Assembly (NCBI RefSeq): GCF_000039765.1
Contig: NC_004460.2
Coordinates: 870,001 to 902,000 of the forward strand
Direction: 5' to 3'
Source: Vibrio vulnificus CMCP6
GTDB taxonomy: Bacteria; Pseudomonadota; Gammaproteobacteria; Enterobacterales; Vibrionaceae
DNA length: 32,000 nt
Each line of letters starts with the position of its first letter. The first letter of the stretch is position 1. A model generated the notes under the pieces. That model did no database searches. It worked only from the letters and a program-made list of their open reading frames with translations, and had not been told where the DNA came from. Below are positions 11,007 to 21,011 of this stretch, piece by piece. Both the position numbers and the translations under genes were made by a program.

Positions 11007-13184
11007 TTAAACGACACTCGATGTTTCAAATTCTCGCAAGACTTGCGCTAATGGTTGTGGCTTATAAACACCAAAACCTTGTGCATAAGTAATATGCCAT
11101 TGTTTAAGCATCTCAATGTGCTGTTCACTTTCGACAAATTCTGCCACGGTTTCCAAGCCAATATCATTGGCGACATTGCTTATCGACTCAACAATTAATC
11201 TGTCGGTTTCATTGGTCGGTAGATCTTTTATAAACTCCCCGTCTATTTTGACAATATCAAGAGGTAGACGTCTTAAATAAGCAAAGCTCGCGTAACCAGT
11301 ACCAAAATCGTCCAACGCAATTTTACACCCCGCAGCGCGCAGCACTTTGAGTGTTTCAATCGCCTGCTCTTCATTTTGCAGTGCGGAGGACTCGGTCACT
11401 TCAAAACATATTTTATCTAGGGGCACTTGGTACTGATGGGCTTTTTCGATAATCCACGTACTCAAACCTGCCATTGCCAGTGAGCGAGCGGTTAAGTTCA
11501 CCGCACATTTTTCCACACGGCACCAATTGCGCACTTGCTCATTCAATAAACGAAAAGTCTGCTCCACCACCCACTGATCTAACTGCACTTCTAACCCAAA
11601 CTGATTAATCAAAGGAAAGAACTCTGATGGCAGCAAACGGCTGTCCTGCGACGTTTTCACTCGTGTTAGCACTTCAAAGCTTAATTGCTGAGAACTTGGG
11701 TCTGCCAATTTCATGTAGCGCTGACAATAAAGTTCAAACTCGTTATTTTTAAATACGCGTTGAATGTAGGCGAGTTTGTCGATCTGAGATTCTGCAATCG
11801 CCTCCCCATCAATCCAATTCACTTGTTGATTGCTGCCTTGGTGCTCGCACAGATGCGAGACGACATCGGTCAAGTCTTCTCCGTGTTTTACCACCACACA
11901 ATGCAGTGTCGGAGAAACCAGTGAGATTGACGTCCCTCGCCAATAAAACTGGAAATTGTCGAGCCGCTGAGCCATTTCCGCCACAAACGGCTTCATTCGT
12001 TCATCACCTTCAATAAACCCCAATACGCCGGTCGAAAATGGAGGGCGATAACACTTGGCGTTCTCATCTTGGTTTCGATTGACGAATTGATAAATCTGGC
12101 CAATCAGCTGCGCTTTACCATCGTGTCCTAACTCACTTAAACGAGACAAGGTTGGCGACAAATCGAGATAAATCAACACGGCTTTGGGAATCGTCGTGAG
12201 GTCTTCCTCAAGCTGAGAGAGGTTAAACAACCCTGTGTAAGGGTCGATTCGCTCTGCGCGAATCTGCTGTTGTGCCAGCTCATAATGCTTTATCGCGTAC
12301 CCACCAACAAAATAGCCCAATACCGTGACAACATTTAAAATCAACAATAAGCCGAAAAACTGCTCGTCCAGTATTTGATAGGTGTTCACCCGATTAAGGC
12401 TGTCATTCGCCATCACCAGGATGGTTAACGTTCCCATAAAAAGCGGGCGAACCAAACCGTGCTTGCCAAAGCCAACAATCACCAGCACCAACAAGACAAA
12501 GCAGGAAGAATAGAGCGCAAAGGAGCTAGGATGTTGGATCGCGACGGCCATCAATGAAAAACAGCACAGCAGCCACAACCAGTATGAAGGCGATGTTTTC
12601 GAAGAGCGTCGTAGCAACTTATCGAGAATCAGATATTCATGCCGCTCATTTTTGAGCAGCATGGCAAGCAAAATCACCAACGCTGGTGTCACCGTTAGCT
12701 GGGTCAGCGCACTGCCTAACACCGAATAAAGCAAGAACTCGCGCGTCATATGCAGCTGTTCAGTCAAAGCACTGATGACACTGATCATCAACGTACTCAT
12801 CAATGGGTAGAACAAGCCAAACGTCACCGCATAAGCCAGCAGTCGCTTCATGGCCGAATCGCCTTCGAGACGTTTTTCTATTTGGATGAACAGCAGCGCA
12901 GTGGCAACTGGCAAAAGTGGCAACAACAGCGCGTACAAGAGTGCCACTTCGAATGGCCGACCAACGTGCAAATAATAACTTAAGAAAGCGAGAACAATCG
13001 GCAGCAGTACTTTAAGATGAAACACCAATACAGCCGAAATCACGACAGACGCAACGACAGAAATCAACTGATACTGTTCATGATGAATAGAGAATTGGCT
13101 TGACGTCCAAAATGCCAGCAGGACAGCAAAGTAAGCGGCCACACCAATCCCAATATTGGGCAGTTTTACTATTTTTGGTTGCAT
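11007..13184 (-). CDS. Membrane EAL-domain cyclic-di-GMP phosphodiesterase with degenerate GGDEF domain
   Basis: 725 aa; about eight TM helices (MASE1-like), DPYTGLFNL, then EAL signatures FEVLTRV, ICFEVTESS, LDDFGTGYASF, VKIDGEFI. Confidence 0.88.
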   Translation of the reverse strand: MQPKIVKLPNIGIGVAAYFAVLLAFWTSSQFSIHHEQYQLISVVASVVISAVLVFHLKVLLPIVLAFLSYYLHVGRPFEVALLYALLLPLLPVATALLFIQIEKRLEGDSAMKRLLAYAVTFGLFYPLMSTLMISVISALTEQLHMTREFLLYSVLGSALTQLTVTPALVILLAMLLKNERHEYLILDKLLRRSSKTSPSYWLWLLCCFSLMAVAIQHPSSFALYSSCFVLLVLVIVGFGKHGLVRPLFMGTLTILVMANDSLNRVNTYQILDEQFFGLLLILNVVTVLGYFVGGYAIKHYELAQQQIRAERIDPYTGLFNLSQLEEDLTTIPKAVLIYLDLSPTLSRLSELGHDGKAQLIGQIYQFVNRNQDENAKCYRPPFSTGVLGFIEGDERMKPFVAEMAQRLDNFQFYWRGTSISLVSPTLHCVVVKHGEDLTDVVSHLCEHQGSNQQVNWIDGEAIAESQIDKLAYIQRVFKNNEFELYCQRYMKLADPSSQQLSFEVLTRVKTSQDSRLLPSEFFPLINQFGLEVQLDQWVVEQTFRLLNEQVRNWCRVEKCAVNLTARSLAMAGLSTWIIEKAHQYQVPLDKICFEVTESSALQNEEQAIETLKVLRAAGCKIALDDFGTGYASFAYLRRLPLDIVKIDGEFIKDLPTNETDRLIVESISNVANDIGLETVAEFVESEQHIEMLKQWHITYAQGFGVYKPQPLAQVLREFETSSVV

Positions 13185-13443
13185 GATTTAGCCTCTTATG
13201 AATGCTTACACATGATAACCAAGTTGAACTGCAACTACCACGTTATAAATAAGAACTCTATTTACAAAACCAAATCAAGCGCTGAGTTTATAGTTTATCG
13301 CAAGGTGATCATCCTCTGATGCAACAAGGATGTTGCACAAAACGTGTATTGCATGAAGTACGTCGAAAGGCTTGCTCAAAAGTCGCCTCTCCCTCTGCCG
13401 TCACCTTTACCTGACACATTGCTAGACCATACTGATTCGGACC

Positions 13444-13512
13444 ATATACCCAAGTGACTTCAAGAGGCAGGATTCAGATCTTAACTCACACATTGAGGTT
13501 ATTTGGGTATAT
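13444..13512. repeat. 69-bp inverted-repeat (MITE-like) intergenic element
   Basis: Terminal 10-bp perfect inverted repeat atatacccaa...ttgggtatat, extending imperfectly to 17 bp; left end shared with 2174. Confidence 0.6.
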
Positions 13513-13531
13513 CAGCAGCCAAGGAAAGGAC

Positions 13532-14617
13532 ATGTTTTATCGACTCATATGCAGCTTAGCGCTAGGACTTTGCACCGCAAGCGCACTCGCACAATCACTG
13601 CCTGCCACTAACCACAATCTCACCTTTGAAGGGCGAAACAGCAAAAATTATCAAGACGGTTCCGTTGCGATCAATTGGCCAGGCTCAACGCTGAAAACAC
13701 GCTTCATCGGCAGCCACTTTGGCCTCACCATGCAAGGGAATGGCGACTATTTTGATGTATTGGTTGACGGTAAGCTAAGCAAAACACTCATGACGCAACC
13801 CAATGGCGTGACGGAAACCTTCGTGCTCTTTACATCGGAAAGCACGCAAAATGTGTTGATCGAAGTGGTTAAACGAACGGAAAACTACGCCAGTATGAGC
13901 CGTTTTCTCTCGGTTGAACACAACGGTTCAATAGACGGTGTGTGGGGACACAAGCCGCATATTCTCTTTATTGGTGATTCCATCAGCGCTGGCTTTGGCA
14001 GTGAATCAGAGAAAAGGGAATGTACATGGGAAGAAATCTACGCTACCTCCAATGCGCGTTTGGCTTTCCCTTACCAAACGGGCCAGCAGCTCAACACAAC
14101 CATTACTCAAGTGTCGTTCTCTGGGTTAGGGTTAATTCGTAACTGGGGTGGAAACCAACCACACCATAACCTCACCACCTACACAGACAAAGTAGCCGCA
14201 GTCTATGGTCTAACACTCGATTATGAAGACAAGTTTCCCAATCTGATTGTGGTGGAAGTGGGCACCAACGATTTTAGTACCGATCCACAAGCCCATGAAC
14301 CTTGGAGCAACATTGAAGAGGTCAAACAAGCGTGGACCGAACGTATGGTGGAATATGTGAGTGAATTGAAACACCGCTATCATGAGGTGCCGATCATTCT
14401 CATGCCGCGTCCTGCATATCCGTATGACTACATTATTCCTGCAACTCAGGACGCCATAGAAACCTTGGCACAGCAAGAGATCCATCAGGTCTATAGCCAT
14501 ACCTTTGTTTCACCCCTTGAAGGCTGTATCTGGCACCCTACTGCGCAAGAACACCGTGAGATTGCCACGCAACTTTCGCAGTTTATTCGTCAGCAAGCGC
14601 TTTTGACGACCCCATAA
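13532..14617 (+). CDS. Secreted SGNH/GDSL hydrolase, CE2-like carbohydrate esterase
   Basis: ATG at 13532 preceded by aaggaaagga and followed by a clear signal peptide (MFYRLICSLALGLCTASALAQ); block I ILFIGDSISAGFG, VVEVGTNDFS, catalytic WHPTAQEH. The ORF track start at 13454 is probably upstream of the true start. Confidence 0.82.
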   Translation: MFYRLICSLALGLCTASALAQSLPATNHNLTFEGRNSKNYQDGSVAINWPGSTLKTRFIGSHFGLTMQGNGDYFDVLVDGKLSKTLMTQPNGVTETFVLFTSESTQNVLIEVVKRTENYASMSRFLSVEHNGSIDGVWGHKPHILFIGDSISAGFGSESEKRECTWEEIYATSNARLAFPYQTGQQLNTTITQVSFSGLGLIRNWGGNQPHHNLTTYTDKVAAVYGLTLDYEDKFPNLIVVEVGTNDFSTDPQAHEPWSNIEEVKQAWTERMVEYVSELKHRYHEVPIILMPRPAYPYDYIIPATQDAIETLAQQEIHQVYSHTFVSPLEGCIWHPTAQEHREIATQLSQFIRQQALLTTP

Positions 14618-14706
14618 TACTAACGGATAAATCGACGCTCACAGCCGCGACACATGTGGTTGTGAGCGTACTGCACGCCTCCCCACCAGCGTGCCGAATC
14701 GAGAAT

Positions 14707-15474
14707 TTACTTTTCCATCAAAGCAGCGAAGTAGTCGTCAATTAGCTGGAAGTAACTGCCATCTTGTTTCATCTTGAGCAGCTCCAAGTCAAAGCGCTGG
14801 CACAGTTCACTATGCTGATTTTGCTTGGAAAACGCGATGTAGCTGAGGGTGGTTTGCATCGGCGGCATCAAAATCTCAAGTTGTTGCGATAGCCCCAAAG
14901 AGGCAATCACGCTTCGCGCACCAAACTCATTAGACACCCACAAATCGACACGACCTGCACTGAGCATCAGCGCACACTGCTCAGCGGAATTTTGCCGAAT
15001 CACCGATTTAAACTGATTGGTATTGATCGCGTCATCCATGATCGCCCCATAGCTGACCTTGTTCACCACACACAATGTCCGTTGTTTGAAGGCTCTTTGC
15101 TCAATTTGGCTAGCGTCAACAGGCCCATTGTCCATCTGAATTAAACTGATATTTTGCCTGAACAGCACTTGTTCACTGAAATCAGCAAAACGTTCCCTCT
15201 GCTCGGTTTTAAAAATAGTAAAAATCGCATCTGCTTGGCCCGATTCAATATAATTCAATGCTCTTGCCCAAGGCAGTACGGTTATTTTTATCGGCTGTTG
15301 CAGTTTAGCAAAGACATGTTCCACCAAAGTCACTGCAACGCCCGAAACCACATCGTCTCGTGTTTCTATGTATGGCGGGTATTCTAGTGTGACGATTTCT
15401 AACACTCGCTTTTCATTCGCCATCGCGCCAAACGATAACCACACCAAGATGAACAATAGGAATTTATTTTTCAC
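14707..15474 (-). CDS. Periplasmic family-3 solute-binding protein, no adjacent permease
   Basis: 255 aa; signal peptide; LEIVTLEYPPYIETRDDVVSGVAVTLVEHVF, LPWARALNYIESGQADAIFTIFKTEQR. Confidence 0.8.
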   Translation of the reverse strand: MKNKFLLFILVWLSFGAMANEKRVLEIVTLEYPPYIETRDDVVSGVAVTLVEHVFAKLQQPIKITVLPWARALNYIESGQADAIFTIFKTEQRERFADFSEQVLFRQNISLIQMDNGPVDASQIEQRAFKQRTLCVVNKVSYGAIMDDAINTNQFKSVIRQNSAEQCALMLSAGRVDLWVSNEFGARSVIASLGLSQQLEILMPPMQTTLSYIAFSKQNQHSELCQRFDLELLKMKQDGSYFQLIDDYFAALMEK

Positions 15475-15866
15475 GATGATCTCCCTACATCGGATTTACC
15501 TATACCAACAATATATACAATCGATTTTATTGTTGCGTAATACCCAATTAATCTGTGGACATTGCCGGAGCAACATTGCGCATTGTTAGTCGTGCTTGTC
15601 CGAAAACCCGTTGCTCCGGCTTTTTTATCTTTTCGTTATTACAGGAGTACTAAGATGAACTTCTTTCAACTATTTGATACTGAAGAACTGTTTATTTTTT
15701 ATGGTTGAGCCAAAAAATAAACCAATGAAACAGGTTTAGCGCTAACCCTTTGTTTCGTCATGCACAAAAATAAACACAACTCAAATCACAAAAACAAGTC
15801 AATTTGATTATTATTTAATCAATTACTACTTTTCTATTATTAACGCCCAAAAGAAGAGTAGTTGCA

Positions 15867-17402
15867 GTGAAAAGTTTAAAAGTCGTCTTTCTGCTTCAAG
15901 TCATATTAGCAGTGACATTGGTGTTACTTGTTTCCGCTTTCATCAAGTATCAAGATTTTAAGCAAAGCCTCACCGCCGATCTGCATACTAGTGTACAGAA
16001 CACCAGCCAGCGCATGTCCGTCAGCTTACCTAGAGCGGTATGGGATTTTGACCTCGACACGGCGCGCACTGCCATTTCTGCTGAACTCAATCTTCCTGAA
16101 ATTTCGGCGATTCAATTGACCGATACCCAAGGGGCAGAACTGCTGTTTTTGAGATTAGAGGGGCAAGGGGAAAATAAAAAACTCACCGATGTTAAAAACA
16201 AAGAACGCTATTCCGATCAACAAAGCTTGTCACGTGAGTTGACCTTTCTCGATTATGGCGAAGAAAAGCCTGTCGGTACGGTGAAAGTCTTTTTTGACAC
16301 GGCAATTTTGGAACAAAAACTGCGTGAGTCCCTCTTGCTCAACATCATTGAGCTCGTCGTTTTAGATCTGATCATTTCCATCGTCATTGTCGCGGTACTC
16401 GCGACCACAGTGCTACGGCCAATTCGTCAGTTGACGGAGGTCATTCAAGCCCTCTCTTCTGGAGATGGCGATTTATCCAACAAGCTCGCACCAGCCCGTT
16501 TCAAAGAGTTTGATGACATTACCGATGGCATCAACACCTTCACCGAATCGCTTCGCGTGATTGTGCAAGACGTCAGTTTGTCATCGGTGACGTTGGAAGA
16601 AAAAGCCCGCGCCAACGGCACAGCAGCCAGAGCCAATGCCGACAAGCTTGACCAACAACGTCACCAGCTTACGACCGTCGCCGCCGCTGCGACAGAACTA
16701 AACCATTCAGTCTCTATCGTTGCCGATACTGCGGCGCAAACCGCGGACCAAGCCCACACCGCGACCGATCTTACTCACAGCGTTAATGAGGCGATCGAAA
16801 AATCTGCCAGCGAAATTGTCAACATGCGTGAAGAAATGGATCACGTGAATCAAGAAATGCACATTCTTGTCGGAGAAGGTGACAAGATCACCACCGTCCT
16901 CAATGTCATCAACGACATTTCTGAGCAGACCAACCTGCTGGCGCTCAATGCGGCAATTGAAGCAGCCCGAGCCGGTGAACAGGGCCGTGGCTTCGCGGTG
17001 GTCGCAGATGAAGTGCGTAATTTGGCCGTGAAAACCAGTCAATCCACCGAACAGATCCAAAAGAACATTGTTGCTTTGGGCAACGCCACCAACTCGGTAG
17101 AACAAGAGCTGAGCCGTATCGCCTCGTTGCTGGAAAAGACCGCCAGTCGTGTGAGTGAATCGCAACACTCCGTAAATCAAGTACAGGAGTTGATCAGCAT
17201 TATCTCGGATCGCAATGGGCAAATATCCCAAGCCACAGAGGAACAAAGGCAAGCCGTGGAAGAGATCAGCCAAGCGATTGTCGAAGCGTCTGAAGCCTCC
17301 AATGATGTTTCCTCTGGTGCGGTCCAAACCGCGCAACGAACAGAAGAGGTGCTCAGCCTGAGTAAAAACATCGCACAGCACATGAAAAAATTCAGAACCT
17401 AG
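15867..17402 (+). CDS. Methyl-accepting chemotaxis protein
   Basis: 511 aa, GTG start; two TM helices flanking a ~140-aa periplasmic sensor, HAMP, and hallmark hairpin tip [37 protein letters not shown]. Confidence 0.95.
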   Translation: MKSLKVVFLLQVILAVTLVLLVSAFIKYQDFKQSLTADLHTSVQNTSQRMSVSLPRAVWDFDLDTARTAISAELNLPEISAIQLTDTQGAELLFLRLEGQGENKKLTDVKNKERYSDQQSLSRELTFLDYGEEKPVGTVKVFFDTAILEQKLRESLLLNIIELVVLDLIISIVIVAVLATTVLRPIRQLTEVIQALSSGDGDLSNKLAPARFKEFDDITDGINTFTESLRVIVQDVSLSSVTLEEKARANGTAARANADKLDQQRHQLTTVAAAATELNHSVSIVADTAAQTADQAHTATDLTHSVNEAIEKSASEIVNMREEMDHVNQEMHILVGEGDKITTVLNVINDISEQTNLLALNAAIEAARAGEQGRGFAVVADEVRNLAVKTSQSTEQIQKNIVALGNATNSVEQELSRIASLLEKTASRVSESQHSVNQVQELISIISDRNGQISQATEEQRQAVEEISQAIVEASEASNDVSSGAVQTAQRTEEVLSLSKNIAQHMKKFRT

Positions 17403-17475
17403 CTCATGGATGGCTGTGGTACATCCTCAGCCCCAAAACAACAGGCCAGATAGGATAAACCAAAGAGGATACCTC

Positions 17476-18204
17476 ATGAATAAGCTCTTATTTGTTGTGA
17501 CAACTCTATTGCTTTCTTTTTTGAGTCACGCAGCAACCATTACCGCCGCCCAAGATCCTTGGGCTCCGTTTGTGCAACAAAACAACGCCAACCCAGGTAT
17601 TTCGGTGGAAATTGTTATCGAAGCCTTTAAAACACAAGGGCACGATGTGGATTTTAAAATCATGCCGTGGACCAGAGCCTTGAATGAGGTCAAAGACGGG
17701 CGAGTTGATGTCCTTGTCGCCACTTGGTTTACCCAAGAGCGCACCTCATACCTCAACTACAGTCAGCCCTATCTGGAAAATTCACTCAAGTTTATCAAAC
17801 GAAGTGGTGATGGATTTGAATACAATGGTATGGACAGTTTAAGCGGCAAAAACGTTGGTATTATTCGCAACTACGGTTATGGGGACGAATTCTTAAAAGC
17901 CACCAATTTCAACAAACCCGAAGCGAACGACTTGGTGGCAAACGCCAAAAAACTGCTGGCCAAACGCATTGATTTGACCTTGGAAGATGAACTGGTGGCT
18001 AAAGCCACTCTGTCCGGTGCGGGAATGAAATTAAGTGATTTTGACTTTACCAATAACGCCCTTTCCGTCAATCCATTACACGTCACATCAGGTTTAGCCA
18101 ATGCCAAAAATGGTGAGATTATTGAGGCATTTAATAAGGGGCTTGCGGAGATCAAAGCAAACGGCACCTTCGACAAAATCTTGATGAAATACGGCATCAA
18201 ATAA
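17476..18204 (+). CDS. Periplasmic family-3 solute-binding protein, likely co-transcribed with the upstream MCP
   Basis: ATG at 17476 preceded by gaggatacctc; signal peptide LLFVVTTLLLSFLSHAATI; IMPWTRALNEVKDGRVDVLVATWFTQERTSYLNYSQPYLENS. Confidence 0.82.
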   Translation: MNKLLFVVTTLLLSFLSHAATITAAQDPWAPFVQQNNANPGISVEIVIEAFKTQGHDVDFKIMPWTRALNEVKDGRVDVLVATWFTQERTSYLNYSQPYLENSLKFIKRSGDGFEYNGMDSLSGKNVGIIRNYGYGDEFLKATNFNKPEANDLVANAKKLLAKRIDLTLEDELVAKATLSGAGMKLSDFDFTNNALSVNPLHVTSGLANAKNGEIIEAFNKGLAEIKANGTFDKILMKYGIK

Positions 18205-18240
18205 CTCGCCTTTCCCTCTAACAAACACTAACCAAATACA

Positions 18241-18266
18241 AACAGCCCAGATCACTCTGGGCTGTT
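18241..18266. terminator. Bidirectional terminator hairpin between convergent genes
   Basis: aacagcccaga / tctgggctgtt, 11-bp stem with tcac loop. Confidence 0.8.
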
Positions 18267-18292
18267 ATTGAGCTTCTCAGTAAAGCTCACGT

Positions 18293-20335
18293 TTATAGCG
18301 CGATCTCACCACCGTCTTCGCGACGAATCACCACCGTCGCTGCGCGTGGGCGCACTGTCATACCTGCTGGCGTTTCTTCAGCCGCATTATCGCTGTATGG
18401 CCAATTGCCTGGATGTTGGATATTCACAAACAGCGATTTGTAATCTGGACTGATGGCAAAGCCGGTCACTTCACAACCATTCGGTCCAACAAAGAAACGT
18501 TTCAATTGCGCTTGGTTAGACGCATTGACTTGGGTTTGCGCACCCGTTTCATCCACCATGCGTGAAGGCACCACCGCCAACATTTGATCGTTGGTATAAC
18601 TGGTCACTTCACCCGCGCCGTTGTCCGTTTGAATCCACAAGATCCCGCGGCCGTCAAACGCCAAACCATCAGGGCTGGCGAACTGGTTCAAATCGGTTAA
18701 CCCAGAACGGTTTGTCTCTGCATCGCCGTTCGCTGGTGAGCCGAAGACAAAGATATCCCAACTAAATTCTGTGGCACTCGCCCCTTCATCCCAACGAATC
18801 ACATGACCAAACTTGTTGTTTAGGCGTGGGTTGGCTGGGTTCGCTTCGGTACGTTTGCTGTTGTTGGTCAGCGTGAGGTATGCCGTACCCGTAAATGGAT
18901 CTACCGTGCACCACTCAGGTCTATCCATTGGCGTAGCACCAACCAGATCTGCCGCACCCGCGGTGTTTAAAATAATGTCCGCCAGCGTTGAAAAATGGTC
19001 GGCCAAAGTACCGCCAGAGGTGGTCGCACTGCTTAAAGTGAGTGGCAACCAAGAGCCACTGCCATCTTCATTAAAACGCGCGACATACAAGGTACCTTCG
19101 TCCATGTACTTGTCACCCGTCGCTAAACGGTGGCTTGGGTTGGCATCGTTCGCATCCCACAATGCTTTTGATTCAAACTTGTAGAGGTATTCAAAACGAG
19201 AATCGTGGCCGGAATAAAACACCACTGGTTTGCCCGCAACAAGCTTGCCAAAAGTACACCCTTCATGGCGAAAACGGCCTAGTGCCGTGCGTTTTTTCGC
19301 GCGTGAATTGGCCGTGTAAGGGTCAATTTCCACAATATAGCCGTGACCATTGGCTTCATTGCGATAATCATCTTGCGCAGAGGCGCCCGTTGGCAACAAG
19401 TTGAATCGAGTGAACTCGTCTAGACGTTCTTCTGTGTGGCCTGCCAACGTTTCCCATGCATAACGAGTGGTGCCTGAACCATCAATGCCAATGCGCTTTT
19501 GATCTTCGGTTTGCGTTCCAGTGTGAATGAAATAGCCCGGCCAGTTTTCTTCACACGTAAGGTACGTGCCCCAAGGAGTATAACCGTTACCGCAGTTGTT
19601 CAGTGTGCCACGCGCCTGACTGCCATCGGGTGAAAAACGGGTAACCAGGTGAGAGGAATAGGCCATTGGGCCTGAGATATCCATGACTGTTGCGCCGGTA
19701 TAACGGCGATTCAATGGATCACTGTCGACCATTTTCCACACATCATTGTCGAGTTGGATTCGAACCACTGAGACCCCGTGAGCATTGATCTCTTTACGTA
19801 CTTCATCAACAACAGTACGCACACCGTTAAGCACCGTCGGACCCGCTGGATGCAAAGCCGCAAGATCGATGTACTCGTGGTTCACGCACAGTAAACCATC
19901 GTTTGGATTGCCATTGATAGGGAAGAAATGCATGCCATCATGGTGCATGCCCAATGCATTGAGTTGGTCTTCTGCGGTGTTGCTGCCATCCGCTTTCCAC
20001 GCGCTGGCATTGCCATTTAAAGGCGTACCCCATGGCACCAACACTTGTGCTTTGTAGCCATTTGGAACGCTCACGGCATCGGTGAGTGATCCGGCAATAG
20101 AGTCAAAATTCAGAACAGCTTGAGATTGAGAACCAGAAGTACCACCTGCGACACTTCCGCTGTTTGAAGAGCTGTTGCAACCGGCGAGGCCAAATGCGCC
20201 AAAGGCCGTCATAGCGCTAATGCCTAAACCACCTTTCAAAATGTTGCGACGGGATAAACTCGCTTCTAACACCTCCTCAAAAGGTTTGTTTTTGCTTTTG
20301 TTGTAGCGAGTCGCGTCGAAGGTTTCCTTACTCAT
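18293..20335 (-). CDS. PhoX-family phosphatase-like protein (DUF839), TAT-exported
   Basis: 680 aa; twin-arginine leader SRRNILKGGLGISAMTAFGAFGLAGC; GTWGTYLTCEENWPGYF-type core (G_YTPWGTYLTCEENWPGYFI), LTNNSKRTEANPANPRLNNKFGHVIRW. Confidence 0.88.
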   Translation of the reverse strand: MSKETFDATRYNKSKNKPFEEVLEASLSRRNILKGGLGISAMTAFGAFGLAGCNSSSNSGSVAGGTSGSQSQAVLNFDSIAGSLTDAVSVPNGYKAQVLVPWGTPLNGNASAWKADGSNTAEDQLNALGMHHDGMHFFPINGNPNDGLLCVNHEYIDLAALHPAGPTVLNGVRTVVDEVRKEINAHGVSVVRIQLDNDVWKMVDSDPLNRRYTGATVMDISGPMAYSSHLVTRFSPDGSQARGTLNNCGNGYTPWGTYLTCEENWPGYFIHTGTQTEDQKRIGIDGSGTTRYAWETLAGHTEERLDEFTRFNLLPTGASAQDDYRNEANGHGYIVEIDPYTANSRAKKRTALGRFRHEGCTFGKLVAGKPVVFYSGHDSRFEYLYKFESKALWDANDANPSHRLATGDKYMDEGTLYVARFNEDGSGSWLPLTLSSATTSGGTLADHFSTLADIILNTAGAADLVGATPMDRPEWCTVDPFTGTAYLTLTNNSKRTEANPANPRLNNKFGHVIRWDEGASATEFSWDIFVFGSPANGDAETNRSGLTDLNQFASPDGLAFDGRGILWIQTDNGAGEVTSYTNDQMLAVVPSRMVDETGAQTQVNASNQAQLKRFFVGPNGCEVTGFAISPDYKSLFVNIQHPGNWPYSDNAAEETPAGMTVRPRAATVVIRREDGGEIAL

Positions 20336-20622
20336 GATGTTTATCTCTTGGGTTAATGAAGTTGAGCGCGACCCAAGATAGGCTAGAAAAATGACAAAAC
20401 AGGTCTATCTTTATGAATGTTTTGTTGTGTTTGTGTTGTCAGTTGGTCAATTCATTGAATATTGACTCAATTGTATTTGGTTTCATGGGCAATCAAGAGT
20501 ATAAAGAGCTCGCCTATGCTTGAGATCGTCATCTTTTAAGTCTAGAACTTCCCCCTAGAGTTGCTGAGTGAAACGCAACACAAGCAAGCACATTTTAGTC
20601 AATACAAAATCGAGAGAAGACC

Positions 20623-20961
20623 ATGAAACTAGATAAAGTGGAAAACAAAAATCGCCGCCTACGTAAAAAACTCTTTTTAGGTGAATTCGCTATTCTCGGT
20701 TTCGAGATCAGCTGTGAAACCGATATTCACGACTTTGATCGTTACGACGTGTTCGTTGATGACTTCATTGATTTTATTGACGCAAAAGGCCTATGTTTTG
20801 GCGGTGGCGGTCTTGAGCACTTTGAAGGTTTCATCTGTGCGAAAGAGCGTTACGAAAGCGCGACTGAAGAACAGCGCGCAGCAGTCGTAGAATGGCTGAA
20901 CGCACGTGCAGAAGTGAAATCTGTATTGGTAAGTGACCTAGCAGATGCGAACTACTTATAA
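20623..20961 (+). CDS. yggL: YggL family protein (DUF469, 50S ribosome-associated)
   Basis: 112 aa; NRRLRKKLFLGEFAILGFEISCETD, FVDDFIDFIDAKGLCFGGGG. Confidence 0.9.
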   Translation: MKLDKVENKNRRLRKKLFLGEFAILGFEISCETDIHDFDRYDVFVDDFIDFIDAKGLCFGGGGLEHFEGFICAKERYESATEEQRAAVVEWLNARAEVKSVLVSDLADANYL

Positions 20962-20979
20962 TTCGCAGCGGAATGAAGA

Positions 20980-21004
20980 AACGGCCCATCATGGGCCGTT
21001 TTTG
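20980..21004 (+). terminator. Rho-independent terminator for yggL
   Basis: aaacggccca / tgggccgttt, 10-bp stem, 3-nt loop, T-rich tail. Confidence 0.88.
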
Positions 21005-21011
21005 TTTTGGC

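Noticed and set aside
16707-17381. 224-aa minus-strand ORF antisense to the MCP
   Set aside because: Sense strand encodes the highly conserved MCP signalling domain; the antisense frame is open as a by-product of codon usage.
20336-20460. Pho box upstream of the PhoX-like gene
   Set aside because: Only isolated TTGTCAT-like half-sites were found, not a pair of 7-mers with 4-nt spacing.
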